From positions 312,029 to 376,028 of the IMG/VR virus record IMGVR_UViG_3300032007_000003: a stretch of DNA of 64,000 nucleotides; one strand, given 5' to 3'. A program made the position numbers and the translations under genes. The notes under the pieces were generated by a model. That model made no database searches and was not told the origin of the DNA. It saw only the letters and a list, made by a program, of their open reading frames with translations. This stretch comes from a virus. Lineage: Duplodnaviria; Heunggongvirae; Uroviricota; Caudoviricetes. Shown here one piece after another: positions 40,011 to 49,329 of the stretch. Within the stretch, counting starts at the first letter, position 1, and every line of letters starts with the position of its first letter.

Positions 40011-40471
40011 CACAACTAGAAATAATAAAACTACAAGAACAAAAGAGAAAAATAATACTTCTCTTTAAAGAATATAAAATATACCCACAATTCAGAGCCG
40101 TAGTAAACCTTATGGCTGCTATAGCTGACTATACATGGAGATTGGATGATGTCCCAGAATTCTTTAAAACAAATTCTAATCCATATAATAATAAACAAGA
40201 AAAAACACACATCGGACAACTAACTAAAGAAGAAATAGAATCACTCCTAGAATGGATTACAAAGACATTTAAAAATGTAAGAAACCTAGTGATTGATAGA
40301 GAACAAAATAATCTAACACAACAAGAAATAATTGACAAATACTATAATATGGTCGATAAATATGGTAATATAATAGTATCACCATTACTCAGAACTATAG
40401 CTGAAATACCCTCTAGATTATACCTCATGCAAACATATAAACAATTAGAAAATACAACATATAACACATAA
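40007..40471 (+). CDS. Hypothetical protein (family A-like N-terminus)
   Basis: LLFKEYKIYPQFRAVV. Confidence 0.7.
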   Translation: MTQLEIIKLQEQKRKIILLFKEYKIYPQFRAVVNLMAAIADYTWRLDDVPEFFKTNSNPYNNKQEKTHIGQLTKEEIESLLEWITKTFKNVRNLVIDREQNNLTQQEIIDKYYNMVDKYGNIIVSPLLRTIAEIPSRLYLMQTYKQLENTTYNT

Positions 40472-40850
40472 ACGCACCGTAAATATGAACTACTACCAAA
40501 AATTTTCGTAGAAAATGATTGTAACTAACTGTAAATCAGTAAGATAAAAATAAGCATTTTTGAATAATTTTTTTGGTATGTTCTATACGTTTATATAAAG
40601 GACTTATACCAAAAATTTTCGTAGAAAAATGATGGGATATATTGAGTGAATATAGATAAGTAAGATAGAGGGTAATAATATATGAAAATAACTATGAAAA
40701 TTTGCATAAATTTGTGTGAATTTGTGTAAAATCTGTACGAATAAACTGTTGTGTTTATATTCCAGAAAAAAATTCCAGAATGAGTGAAGATGGTTTGTTA
40801 ATAATATATAAAAGTTATTAAGAATATTTGGAGAAATGATTTTTTTTCCA
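40472..40850. other. Candidate replication origin
   Basis: 22-bp direct repeat (40494, 40607), long hairpin 40570-40615, AT-rich AATTTG tandem, G/C skew flip. Confidence 0.5.
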
Positions 40851-40885
40851 TATATTTGCAATGATATATAAAAATGTAATTATAG

Positions 40886-41629
40886 ATGTCGAAAAAGATA
40901 AAGATACCTTTGGATAATATGAGGCATGCTCTTCATGATTTATTTCATGAGCATCTTGATGAGATATATGAACTTAGCAAGATAAATAGGAGCAGACGTA
41001 GCAGATATGATTGGGCTGAAGATGATGAAGTCCAGTGGTTGATGCAGCAAGGTGTTATATTTCCTAGGACGGAAGATGAGTTAGCCAATTTCTATGGTGA
41101 TGAAGATGACGATGATTTCGATAACGTCTGGCCTCCAACATCCACTTCTCATGAGAAGCGTAAGGGAAAAGTTCTTGACCCTTATGGAAATTATTGGGAT
41201 ACATTGGAATCCATGAAGGAGAAGAAGAGTAAGAAGAAACATAAGAGGGGTAGCAGAGGTAAGAGTAGAGCTAGGGTAATTGATATTACCACTCCTTATA
41301 GTGGTGAAGAGACAGACCCAACCGAATTGGATTATGATGCGATTGATACTAGCGGTATTGAAGATGGTAAGGTGATATGGTATTATCCAGATTACAGAAA
41401 CAAGAGTGATAGATTAGAGTTCAATACTTTAAGCGCATTCAGTGATTTTTGTTCTGAGGAAGGTTATCATGTTCCTGGTGATGTTGGTATGGAGATTGCT
41501 TATAGGCGTATGAGTCATACATGTTTAGACCCTCAGTTACGTGAAGAGGGGATATTTCAGATTGTTGCAGATGAGTCATATGCTGATATGATGTACAGTG
41601 TATGTCCAGTTCAAGAATTAAGTCAATAA
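40886..41629 (+). CDS. Hypothetical protein, paralog of 41639-42196
   Basis: VIWYY...FNTLSAFSDFC vs CIYFY...YYTLKAFEKFL; promoter at 40851. Confidence 0.8.
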   Translation: MSKKIKIPLDNMRHALHDLFHEHLDEIYELSKINRSRRSRYDWAEDDEVQWLMQQGVIFPRTEDELANFYGDEDDDDFDNVWPPTSTSHEKRKGKVLDPYGNYWDTLESMKEKKSKKKHKRGSRGKSRARVIDITTPYSGEETDPTELDYDAIDTSGIEDGKVIWYYPDYRNKSDRLEFNTLSAFSDFCSEEGYHVPGDVGMEIAYRRMSHTCLDPQLREEGIFQIVADESYADMMYSVCPVQELSQ

Positions 41630-41638
41630 GAATATAAT

Positions 41639-42196
41639 ATGGCGAATTTAAATAAGGAATTAAAGAAGTTGTTTTTTGCTCATTTAAAGAGGGTAGCTGA
41701 AGAGAAGAGCAAGCCAAATACTAGTAGTAATGTTGGATATTGTGGTGGTATGACACCTCCAGTAACGCATAGACCTCCTTATCAGCCCAATTTATTTAAT
41801 AATGATTATTATATGGGCTGCATATACTTTTATGAATGGTCTGATACTAGTAGGAATCCTAAGACCTACTATACATTAAAGGCATTTGAGAAGTTCTTGA
41901 ATGATTGTCAGATATATTTAGTTAGTTGGCAGCGTGAGGTGATAAGTCACATGAAGCATCCCTATATTGCTTGCAAGAAGGGCGAGAGGGATATTATAAT
42001 TAGGAATAGTTTCACAGAGTTATCCAAGGCTATTGAGGAGGGTAGTAAGAGTACTGTCCCTTTTACTCAAAATAAGGGTAGTGAGGATAGAGAACCATAT
42101 AATGTGGCTATTACTAGACCACCACATATGAGACATATGGAAACGGTATTTGAACCAGAGGGAAGATGGGGTGAAGAAGGATGTTGGTTTGGGTAA
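41639..42196 (+). CDS. Hypothetical protein, paralog of 40886-41629
   Basis: Shared domain as above. Confidence 0.8.
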   Translation: MANLNKELKKLFFAHLKRVAEEKSKPNTSSNVGYCGGMTPPVTHRPPYQPNLFNNDYYMGCIYFYEWSDTSRNPKTYYTLKAFEKFLNDCQIYLVSWQREVISHMKHPYIACKKGERDIIIRNSFTELSKAIEEGSKSTVPFTQNKGSEDREPYNVAITRPPHMRHMETVFEPEGRWGEEGCWFG

Positions 42197-42220
42197 ATAG
42201 ACTTAAAAAAGTACAAGGGC

Positions 42221-42430
42221 ATGGATAAGATAAGGCTTGAATTTACATTTAAGGGTAGAAAGAATACCTATTTCAGACGAATAGATGTATTCGGTAAGCC
42301 TCTTACCACTACCAATATTAATAGTGCCAAGTTAATAAAGGAATCTGAAGTACCTTCAATCCTTAAATTGATGATTAAGGAATATGGTAAGGAAAGTATT
42401 ACAGATGTTAAACCAATAAAAAAAGGATGA
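42221..42430 (+). CDS. Small hypothetical protein
   Basis: ORF between repeat copies 1 and 2. Confidence 0.7.
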   Translation: MDKIRLEFTFKGRKNTYFRRIDVFGKPLTTTNINSAKLIKESEVPSILKLMIKEYGKESITDVKPIKKG

Positions 42431-42458
42431 GTATATTTGTTTATACCCATCCTTTTTT
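42417..42458. terminator. Bidirectional terminator
   Basis: AAAAAAGGATG...CATCCTTTTTT between convergent genes. Confidence 0.75.
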
Positions 42459-42491
42459 ATTGGACTTAAAAAAGTACAAAAGTGTTGTTTA

Positions 42492-42710
42492 TTAGCAAGG
42501 TACTACAGTATATTCCATAGTTTCTAATTCTTGATGTTCTTTTTTAAGATGATGTACAAGGAATTCCAATTCAGTTTTTGCATTCCATTCACCTAGAGAG
42601 CCATAATTATATGCTTCTTTTACATCAGTGGTAAATGTTACCTCTCCATTATCGATGTCGAATGATTTAATCATTAGTCCATCATTGTTTTTTGCTACGC
42701 CTTTTGCCAT
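42492..42710 (-). CDS. Small hypothetical protein, paralog of 42757-43026
   Basis: IKSFDIDNGEVTF...HLKKEHQELE. Confidence 0.75.
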   Translation of the reverse strand: MAKGVAKNNDGLMIKSFDIDNGEVTFTTDVKEAYNYGSLGEWNAKTELEFLVHHLKKEHQELETMEYTVVPC

Positions 42711-42756
42711 AATTATATAATATGTTTAATATAGATTAGACTTAAAAAAGTACATA

Positions 42757-43026
42757 TTAATCCCAAGCTACAGCAGTATCTTCTTCTTCAGCTACTAGGT
42801 CTCCATCCTCATCCCATTCGCTATCTATAGATACATACTCTAGTTCTGGATACTTCTCCTTGAAATGGAATTTAATATAATCCATTTCTGATTCAGCGAA
42901 GAATCCTTCATCTTCAAAATGTGCTCCGTCTCTTGATTTTTGGAATGTCAATGTCCCATTGGCACTATCAACGTCTTTAATCCACTTGATAGGTTTGTTA
43001 GGTTCACTAATTTTAAAATACGCCAT
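42757..43026 (-). CDS. Small hypothetical protein, paralog of 42492-42710
   Basis: IKDVDSANGTLTF...HFKEKYPELE; minus-strand promoter box at 43101-43108. Confidence 0.75.
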   Translation of the reverse strand: MAYFKISEPNKPIKWIKDVDSANGTLTFQKSRDGAHFEDEGFFAESEMDYIKFHFKEKYPELEYVSIDSEWDEDGDLVAEEEDTAVAWD

Positions 43027-43357
43027 AATATATCTGTTTTTTGTTAAGTTAATATTATTATCTTATTCCATATTCAAACAGAATATAGAATATGCTAATG
43101 CAAAGATATAGAAAATATTTTAGATAACCAAATAAATTAACTATTATTTGGATATATTATGTACTTAAAGAAGTACAAAGTGTAAGTAGATACATATTTT
43201 TTGCTAACACTTTGAAAATTTTCCGTATGTACGTCTGTGACACTTTGATAAGTAAATGGCGTGTTTACCTCCAAAATGTCATAATTAAGACTTAAATAAG
43301 TACAATGGCAACGTTGTTACCATTGAACATCAGTGAAATGATGCACAAACACCCTCT

Positions 43358-43714
43358 TTATTGGGGGTGTTTGTTTGAAAATGCTTGAACTTTTTTGAGA
43401 TACCTCCATACATCTTTTATTTCCTCTTCCGTGAGCATATATATGGAGCAATATGGGTCAGATTGTGTGGATACCTTATAATTAGGATACCAATGAATGA
43501 GAATACATCCCAATGTTTGTGGGTCTATTTCAATCATCTGCACGTATAGGTCATTAATCTTCAGTTGATTGGAATCAATACGAATACCATTTACTTCAAC
43601 TTTCGGAAATAAATGAGTAAGCGTTTCCCTTACTTTGTTCACAAGCAAGAGGGTATCATCGGATACCCTATATAACTTCTTTCTCGTTTCGTTTAATTCA
43701 ATTGTTGATGTCAT
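43358..43714 (-). CDS. Hypothetical protein
   Basis: Minus-strand promoter box at 43751-43758. Confidence 0.7.
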   Translation of the reverse strand: MTSTIELNETRKKLYRVSDDTLLLVNKVRETLTHLFPKVEVNGIRIDSNQLKINDLYVQMIEIDPQTLGCILIHWYPNYKVSTQSDPYCSIYMLTEEEIKDVWRYLKKVQAFSNKHPQ

Positions 43715-43960
43715 ACCAAATCTGTTAAGAAATAATTGTTATTTGCGATGCAAATGTACGAAAAAAAATTGGAATAGCCAAATAATAATGGATTTATTTT
43801 AAATTTAATTTTCCCCTATATAATATATTATAAAAGGTATATATGGTTTTTGTAAAGAAAGTGGAAATATTTTCAATTGAACGTAATTTTTTTGGTTTTT
43901 TTCTTGGTTATGTGCTGGGAATTTCGTATCTTTGCATCGCAAACAAAAATTTAAGGAGTT

Positions 43961-44383
43961 ATGAAGTTTACATTGAATGGAAGAGAGTATGAGGATTATC
44001 AGTTGAGCAATGAGCAGATTGTTGAATTGATTGAGGGCGACCATGATGTTACTGATATGGGTCATGAGTTTCTCATGAAGAAAGTATATGAGCGTTTCAA
44101 GTATGAACTTTGCCCTAAGAGTGGTGAGGACAATGATGATGTGTTTGCACGTTTCTTTGGCAACTTTGTTAATGGCAAATGCCATGATAAGAAAAAGGTT
44201 GCAGATTTAATGTGCTGTGAACATAGATATTTGCAAAATGAAATGTTCAAGGTGTGCATGGAATACATCAAGAAGTTGGCTGAAAATGCCTCTAAGGGTT
44301 ATTATGACCCTCGCAATCAGTATGCAGCACAGACCTCAAAGAAGATTATTGATTATTTTAAGGAAATAGATTATCCTTATTAA
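43961..44383 (+). CDS. Hypothetical protein
   Basis: Own promoter; AAGGAG upstream. Confidence 0.8.
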   Translation: MKFTLNGREYEDYQLSNEQIVELIEGDHDVTDMGHEFLMKKVYERFKYELCPKSGEDNDDVFARFFGNFVNGKCHDKKKVADLMCCEHRYLQNEMFKVCMEYIKKLAENASKGYYDPRNQYAAQTSKKIIDYFKEIDYPY

Positions 44384-44482
44384 AAATCATTAATGAATTG
44401 AAGATTTCTGAGAAAAAATTTGGTAGATTCAAAAAGTTTTCGTATATTTACATCATAAAGCAATTAAAAGGATTTTAGAGAT

Positions 44483-44797
44483 ATGATACAGATTACAGCA
44501 ATTACGTTAAATGATGATAAGTACGCATCAAGGGATATTGATGTGATGGTATGTTCATCAATAGATAGTGCCAAAGAGATTATTCTTGATGGTATCAACA
44601 AGCATTTTGATGGTGAATGGACATCATTGGAAGAGGCTGCAAGTGATTTGAATGACGAGTTAGATGGTTGTGGTTGGATTGAGAAAGAGAACAAGTTCTA
44701 TTGGAATGACAATGGCAAAGGTGAGGAATACTTTATTAGTAGAATCAATGAAAGAGTAGTAAACATTAATTATCAGCATATTGGTTCTATATATTAG
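44483..44797 (+). CDS. Hypothetical protein
   Basis: Own promoter. Confidence 0.8.
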   Translation: MIQITAITLNDDKYASRDIDVMVCSSIDSAKEIILDGINKHFDGEWTSLEEAASDLNDELDGCGWIEKENKFYWNDNGKGEEYFISRINERVVNINYQHIGSIY

Positions 44798-44943
44798 AGT
44801 TAATTTGTCAAGAAAGTGGAAAAAATACTATAAATCTAAAAAAAAATTGGTTTTTTGTTTGGTCAATTCGAAATTATTTCGTATATTTGCATCGTGAAAC
44901 AATTAAATCAGTTATTAACAATTAAAAGAAAAGGAGAAAAGTT

Positions 44944-46041
44944 ATGAGCGCAATGATTGAGATTACAGAGAGAGGTGCAAGTTTTGCTGAGAATGGTAAG
45001 CGTGAGCGTGCTTGGCATGGACTTGGACAAGTGGTAGATGAACCAATGTTCGTTAAGGATGCACTTAGGCTCTGTCATGCTGATTACAATGTAGGCTTGC
45101 AGCCAGTAGTTGCTCTGAGTGAGGAGTTACGTGCAGCTATGGAGAATGGCACTTTCATCAACGCTGCAATGCTGAAAGAGTTACTTGTGGACAATACTAT
45201 GGCTACAATGCGTCTTGATACCAACAAGAGCCTTGGCATCGTATCTGACAAATATGGAATTGTTCAAAACGAATCTGCCTTCCAGTTTGTGGATATGTTT
45301 TGCAGTGGTAAGTTCGCTGATAGAGACAATACCCCAGTGATTGAGACTTGTGGCGTGCTTGGTAAGGGTGAGCGTGTATTTGTCACTGCAAAGTTCCCAC
45401 AGAGCATTGTGTTGGACGCAAAGCGTGATGACCTTGTGGATATGTACGTAGTATTTACTACCTCACATGATGGCACTGGTTCAGTTCGCTGCATGGTTAC
45501 TCCAGTACGTGTTGTATGTAACAATACGCTGAATTGGGCAATGAAGAACAACATCGGACGTATTGCATTCCGTCACTCTTCGAAAGTTATGTCACGTCTC
45601 GATTTGCTCAACGCTGAGAACGCAGAGTTTGCTTATAAGGCTCTGAATGTGGCTGAGACCTATGCTAACTCACTCTCACAGAGTTTTGAGCACTTGCGCA
45701 ACATCAAGTTGGCTGAGAGAGACCTTGATAACATCATCGCCCAAGTGGTTTTGGCTCCAGATGCTGCAAAGGATTTCTTGGAGAATCACGACATCTTCAG
45801 CGACAACATCAAGACTCGTGGACGCAACATCTTCTTAGGTGTTAAGGAGTGCTTGGAGAGTGGTGTAGGTCAAGAGGGTCAAGAGCGTGGCACTGCTATG
45901 TGGCTGATGAACGGAATGACCTCTTACTTTCAGAATGAGGCCACAGAGCGCAGCGAGGAAATCAAGTTCGATAGCATCATGGATGGCAACATCTACAAAA
46001 AGGTGCAGAAGACCTTTGACCTCTGCCTCGCAGCAGCCTAA
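44944..46041 (+). CDS. DUF932 family (phage/plasmid-like TIGR03299) protein
   Basis: AWHGLG, LGIVSDKYGIVQN..AF, SHDGTGS...TPVRVVCNNTL, RHSS. Confidence 0.88.
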   Translation: MSAMIEITERGASFAENGKRERAWHGLGQVVDEPMFVKDALRLCHADYNVGLQPVVALSEELRAAMENGTFINAAMLKELLVDNTMATMRLDTNKSLGIVSDKYGIVQNESAFQFVDMFCSGKFADRDNTPVIETCGVLGKGERVFVTAKFPQSIVLDAKRDDLVDMYVVFTTSHDGTGSVRCMVTPVRVVCNNTLNWAMKNNIGRIAFRHSSKVMSRLDLLNAENAEFAYKALNVAETYANSLSQSFEHLRNIKLAERDLDNIIAQVVLAPDAAKDFLENHDIFSDNIKTRGRNIFLGVKECLESGVGQEGQERGTAMWLMNGMTSYFQNEATERSEEIKFDSIMDGNIYKKVQKTFDLCLAAA

Positions 46042-46046
46042 AAAAA

Positions 46047-46078
46047 TTAAGGGGAGAACGAAATTTCTCCCCTTTTTT
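46047..46078 (+). terminator. Rho-independent terminator
   Basis: AAGGGGAGAA/TTCTCCCCTT followed by a T-tract. Confidence 0.85.
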
Positions 46079-46114
46079 CTTCTTTGTAAATATTTATAAT
46101 AAAATATCATTATT

Positions 46115-46762
46115 ATGAATAAAAGAAGAGATAATATTTACATTTATTTATGGGAAGAATTTAATACAATATATATAGGTAGAAGCGTTAATCCTAAATG
46201 TAGGCATTCCCAACATAAAACAAGAGAAACTGAAAAGACTTATCAATTTAGTAGCAAACATCATGTTGAACACCCTAAAATGATTATAATTGAGAATGAT
46301 TTAACTGTTGAAGAAGGTGTTGAACGTGAAAAATATTGGATTGATTATTACAAAGAAAATACTGATTATTTTGTATTGAACAAGTCACATGGTGGAGAAA
46401 CAGGATTGTTAGGTGAATATGATGTTAAAAGAAGAGAAGAATGGCAGAAACAATATTACAAAAAAAATAGAGAAAAGATACTTGCTAAGGCTAAAAAATA
46501 TCGTGAAGAACATAGAGAAGAACTTAATGAAAAAGATAAAATTCGTTATTATAAAAAAAGAAAGCCATATCAACCATTAACAGATGAAGAAAAAAAAATA
46601 AAGCAAAAAGAATATCGTGAAAGAAATAAGGAAAAAATAAAAGAATATAGAAAAAATAATAAAGAAAAATTTCTTCAATATAAGAAAAAATATCGTGAAA
46701 CACACAAAGAAAAGATTAAAGAAGAAAATAAAAAATATTATGCTAAAAGAAAAAATAAATAA
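46115..46762 (+). CDS. GIY-YIG endonuclease with Lys/Glu-rich repetitive C-terminus
   Basis: IYIY...IYIGRSVNPKCRHSQH; E...REKYWI..Y...LN; tandem KEYRE.NKEKI repeats; very AT-rich. Confidence 0.8.
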   Translation: MNKRRDNIYIYLWEEFNTIYIGRSVNPKCRHSQHKTRETEKTYQFSSKHHVEHPKMIIIENDLTVEEGVEREKYWIDYYKENTDYFVLNKSHGGETGLLGEYDVKRREEWQKQYYKKNREKILAKAKKYREEHREELNEKDKIRYYKKRKPYQPLTDEEKKIKQKEYRERNKEKIKEYRKNNKEKFLQYKKKYRETHKEKIKEENKKYYAKRKNK

Positions 46763-46805
46763 GATTTTTCTTTGTTAATTGAAATAAATTCCGTATATTT
46801 ACACT

Positions 46806-47177
46806 ATGGTAAACAAGTTATATAGAATAAGGGTATATATTCCAACAGAAGAGATTGGTTTACTTATGAATGATGCGGTAGATACCAAAGCATTCAAGTT
46901 AAACAATAGTTATGATGGCATGAATGGTATGCTTGCTATCTATGATGGGGAGTGTAATACTAAGGTATTGATATTCCTTATTTCTATGGGAGTATTATAT
47001 TTCCCATTGGATAATTATGGTGATTTCATTATAACTTGTCCTAATTGTGGGGAGAGGATAGATGATGATATGATATTAACCATCTATGATGAAAATCTAT
47101 TAAGTGGCTATAATATTCTTTGTAATAGAGAGGATTGTGGCACACAGATGGCTAATGTGGAATTTCTAAACCAATAA
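46806..47177 (+). CDS. Hypothetical protein with C-terminal zinc-binding motif, probably leaderless
   Basis: CPNC...CNREDC; ATG 5 nt after -7 box. Confidence 0.75.
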   Translation: MVNKLYRIRVYIPTEEIGLLMNDAVDTKAFKLNNSYDGMNGMLAIYDGECNTKVLIFLISMGVLYFPLDNYGDFIITCPNCGERIDDDMILTIYDENLLSGYNILCNREDCGTQMANVEFLNQ

Positions 47178-47448
47178 GGATATGAATAATAAGAAGAAAA
47201 AGAAAAAATCATTTCTTAGCAAATATACTAAGATGGATTGTTTAACACTTGGCTTCTTCATTGGTTTGGCTTGTGGCTGTTTATTATCATTAATATAAAA
47301 ATGGTGTAATCTATAGGGGTTACACCTTTTTTTGTAAATAAAGTGGAAAAATATTAATATAAATTGAAAATAATTTGGATTTTGTTTGGCCAGTTGAAAA
47401 TAATTCCGTATATTTGCACCACAGAAAACAATTAAATAGATTAAAATT

Positions 47449-48270
47449 ATGTTAGGTTACAACAAAGCAAAGCAAGAGTTAGGAATTAGCTACTTAGGTA
47501 GCGTAGCACAGAGCATGAAGATGCGTTTATCCTTTGAGCATGGCACAATGACCTATTGTTTGTACCTCGCCCCTTGGAATATGAGTGGGTATAATGTATG
47601 TCCCAAAGGTCAGCATTGCAATGAGTTCTGTTTGAATGGTAGTGGACAGAATAAGTGTGATGAACTTGCAAGAGGTGTGGAAGGTTCTAAGATTAATCGT
47701 TCACGCATCAAGAAAACTCGTCTGTTCTATGAGAATAGAGGCTTATTCATGGATATGCTTACTCATGAGATAGAGAGTAAGAGAGCAAAGGCAAAGCGCA
47801 TGGGTTATGGTTTTAGTGTCCGTCTCAATGGCACAAGTGACCTTTCACCACTCGCATTCAGAGACCCCAAGACTGGTAAGAACATCTTAGAGTTGTTCAA
47901 CGATGTAGTTTTCTATGATTACACGAAAGTCTATAATAGAATACACCTTTTAGGTGAATACCCCAACTATGACCTCACATTCAGTTATGATGGTTATAAC
48001 TGGGACGAGTGCGAAAAGTTCTTACAGAACGATGGTAAGGTAGCGGTAGTGTTCTATTCTGAAAAGGGTATCTTACCCAAGAAGTTTAGGGGTTATGATG
48101 TGATAGATGCAAACGACTACGATATGCGTTATTTAGACCCCAAGCGTTCTATCATGGGATTGCATTACCATAAGACTGCAAACGATTATAAGAGTGGACA
48201 TTTTGTAGTACCAAATACACCATTCGTAATTAATCTTGACAAAGAGAGTGATGTGGATTGGGGATTTTAA
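47449..48270 (+). CDS. Gp88-like phage protein
   Basis: LYLAP...VCP...C..FCLNGSG; VRLNGTSD; FYDYTK; NYDLTFS; DLRYLDP-like motif. Confidence 0.75.
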   Translation: MLGYNKAKQELGISYLGSVAQSMKMRLSFEHGTMTYCLYLAPWNMSGYNVCPKGQHCNEFCLNGSGQNKCDELARGVEGSKINRSRIKKTRLFYENRGLFMDMLTHEIESKRAKAKRMGYGFSVRLNGTSDLSPLAFRDPKTGKNILELFNDVVFYDYTKVYNRIHLLGEYPNYDLTFSYDGYNWDECEKFLQNDGKVAVVFYSEKGILPKKFRGYDVIDANDYDMRYLDPKRSIMGLHYHKTANDYKSGHFVVPNTPFVINLDKESDVDWGF

Positions 48271-48358
48271 TTCCCCACCACATTTTCTAAGAAAAAATTT
48301 GGTAGATTCAAAATAATTTCGTATATTTACATTGTGAAACAATAAAGGAGATTGAGAT

Positions 48359-48601
48359 ATGAGTAAGAAAAGTATAGTTAATGAGATTACCGCCAAACTT
48401 GCAAAGTTAGGTGTGCCCAAAGATGGGTGTCATAATTTGGATATTGAGTTATCAAATGGTGATAAGTTGGCTTGGGTTGGTTATCGTCAGATGATGGTAA
48501 ATATCAAAATTGGTAATGCTCTTTATAGAAATAAGAGATTTCCTCTCTATTCAAAGGGAGTTGATGTCAATATGCTGAATTTGATTAATAGCAAATTATG
48601 A
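48359..48601 (+). CDS. Hypothetical protein
   Basis: Own promoter. Confidence 0.75.
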   Translation: MSKKSIVNEITAKLAKLGVPKDGCHNLDIELSNGDKLAWVGYRQMMVNIKIGNALYRNKRFPLYSKGVDVNMLNLINSKL

Positions 48602-48771
48602 GTGATAAAGTAATAGAGACCATATATTATATATTACTCATATTATTGGTTATAAGTGGCACATGGGCTATACATTGTTGTCCTTAACAAAAATTAACAA
48701 GATTCCTTTGGGAGTCTTGTTTTTTTTGTATATCTTTGCCAAAGTAATAAACTAATAAATTAATAGTAAAA

Positions 48772-49113
48772 ATGGTAGATAACGAAAGTAAAATTTGGGA
48801 AAAACTATGTGGCAAGAAAATTGGTACTGAGAAACTTTCGATAGAGGGTTTTAAGAATCAGATACCATTTGAGATTTTTGATGGCTATGCGTATTGTGAG
48901 AATTATAAGGGTCACAGATATGACATGAGTTATCCACAACTTAAAGCAGTAAGAGAGAGTGAAGAAATGGCTACTGCTGTTATGGATTATATCAACAAGA
49001 TAAGTGATAAGAAACTTGAAAGTGTTGATGAGATTGGTGTTATTCATTGTTTAATTGCTTTCAACACATTGTATCGTGATGGTGTTGAAATCGTACCAAA
49101 GAAAGTAGCATAA
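48772..49113 (+). CDS. Hypothetical protein
   Basis: Own promoter. Confidence 0.75.
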   Translation: MVDNESKIWEKLCGKKIGTEKLSIEGFKNQIPFEIFDGYAYCENYKGHRYDMSYPQLKAVRESEEMATAVMDYINKISDKKLESVDEIGVIHCLIAFNTLYRDGVEIVPKKVA

Positions 49114-49118
49114 GGATT

Positions 49119-49292
49119 ATGGCAAAGTTTACAATACAATGTAATTTCAATGCGTCTTACACTACCGAGGTAGATGCAAAAGATGAGGGCGAAGCACTTG
49201 AAAAGGCTCGTAATAAAGCAGAAGAAGCGGATTTGAAAGAGTTTGTAATTTGTGGTGAGCGTGAATCACAGATACTTAGTAGGGGAGATTAG
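49119..49292 (+). CDS. Small hypothetical protein (57 aa; EVDAKDEGEALEKA)
   Basis: Hand translation; resembles 49473-49685. Confidence 0.7.
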   Translation: MAKFTIQCNFNASYTTEVDAKDEGEALEKARNKAEEADLKEFVICGERESQILSRGD

Positions 49293-49329
49293 CGTTTCAT
49301 AGTTTTTTATTGTTTTATATTAGTTGTTC

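Larger units (their letters stand above)
2200..40860 (+). promoter_or_regulatory. 16 further promoters of the same class in the left region
   Basis: -7 boxes at 2233, 9509, 11362, 12184, 13777, 15567, 17488, 19249, 23007, 25868, 26556, 28061, 32466, 33551, 35868, 40851. Confidence 0.8.
42200..43304 (+). repeat. Five 16-bp GACTTAAAAAAGTACA-type repeats
   Basis: Copies at 42200, 42463, 42739 (identical), 43162 and 43289 (variants). Confidence 0.9.

Noticed and set aside
42200-43304. CRISPR array interpretation of the 16-bp repeats
   Set aside because: The repeats are too short, the gaps are about 110-410 bp and irregular, they contain whole genes, and no cas genes are present
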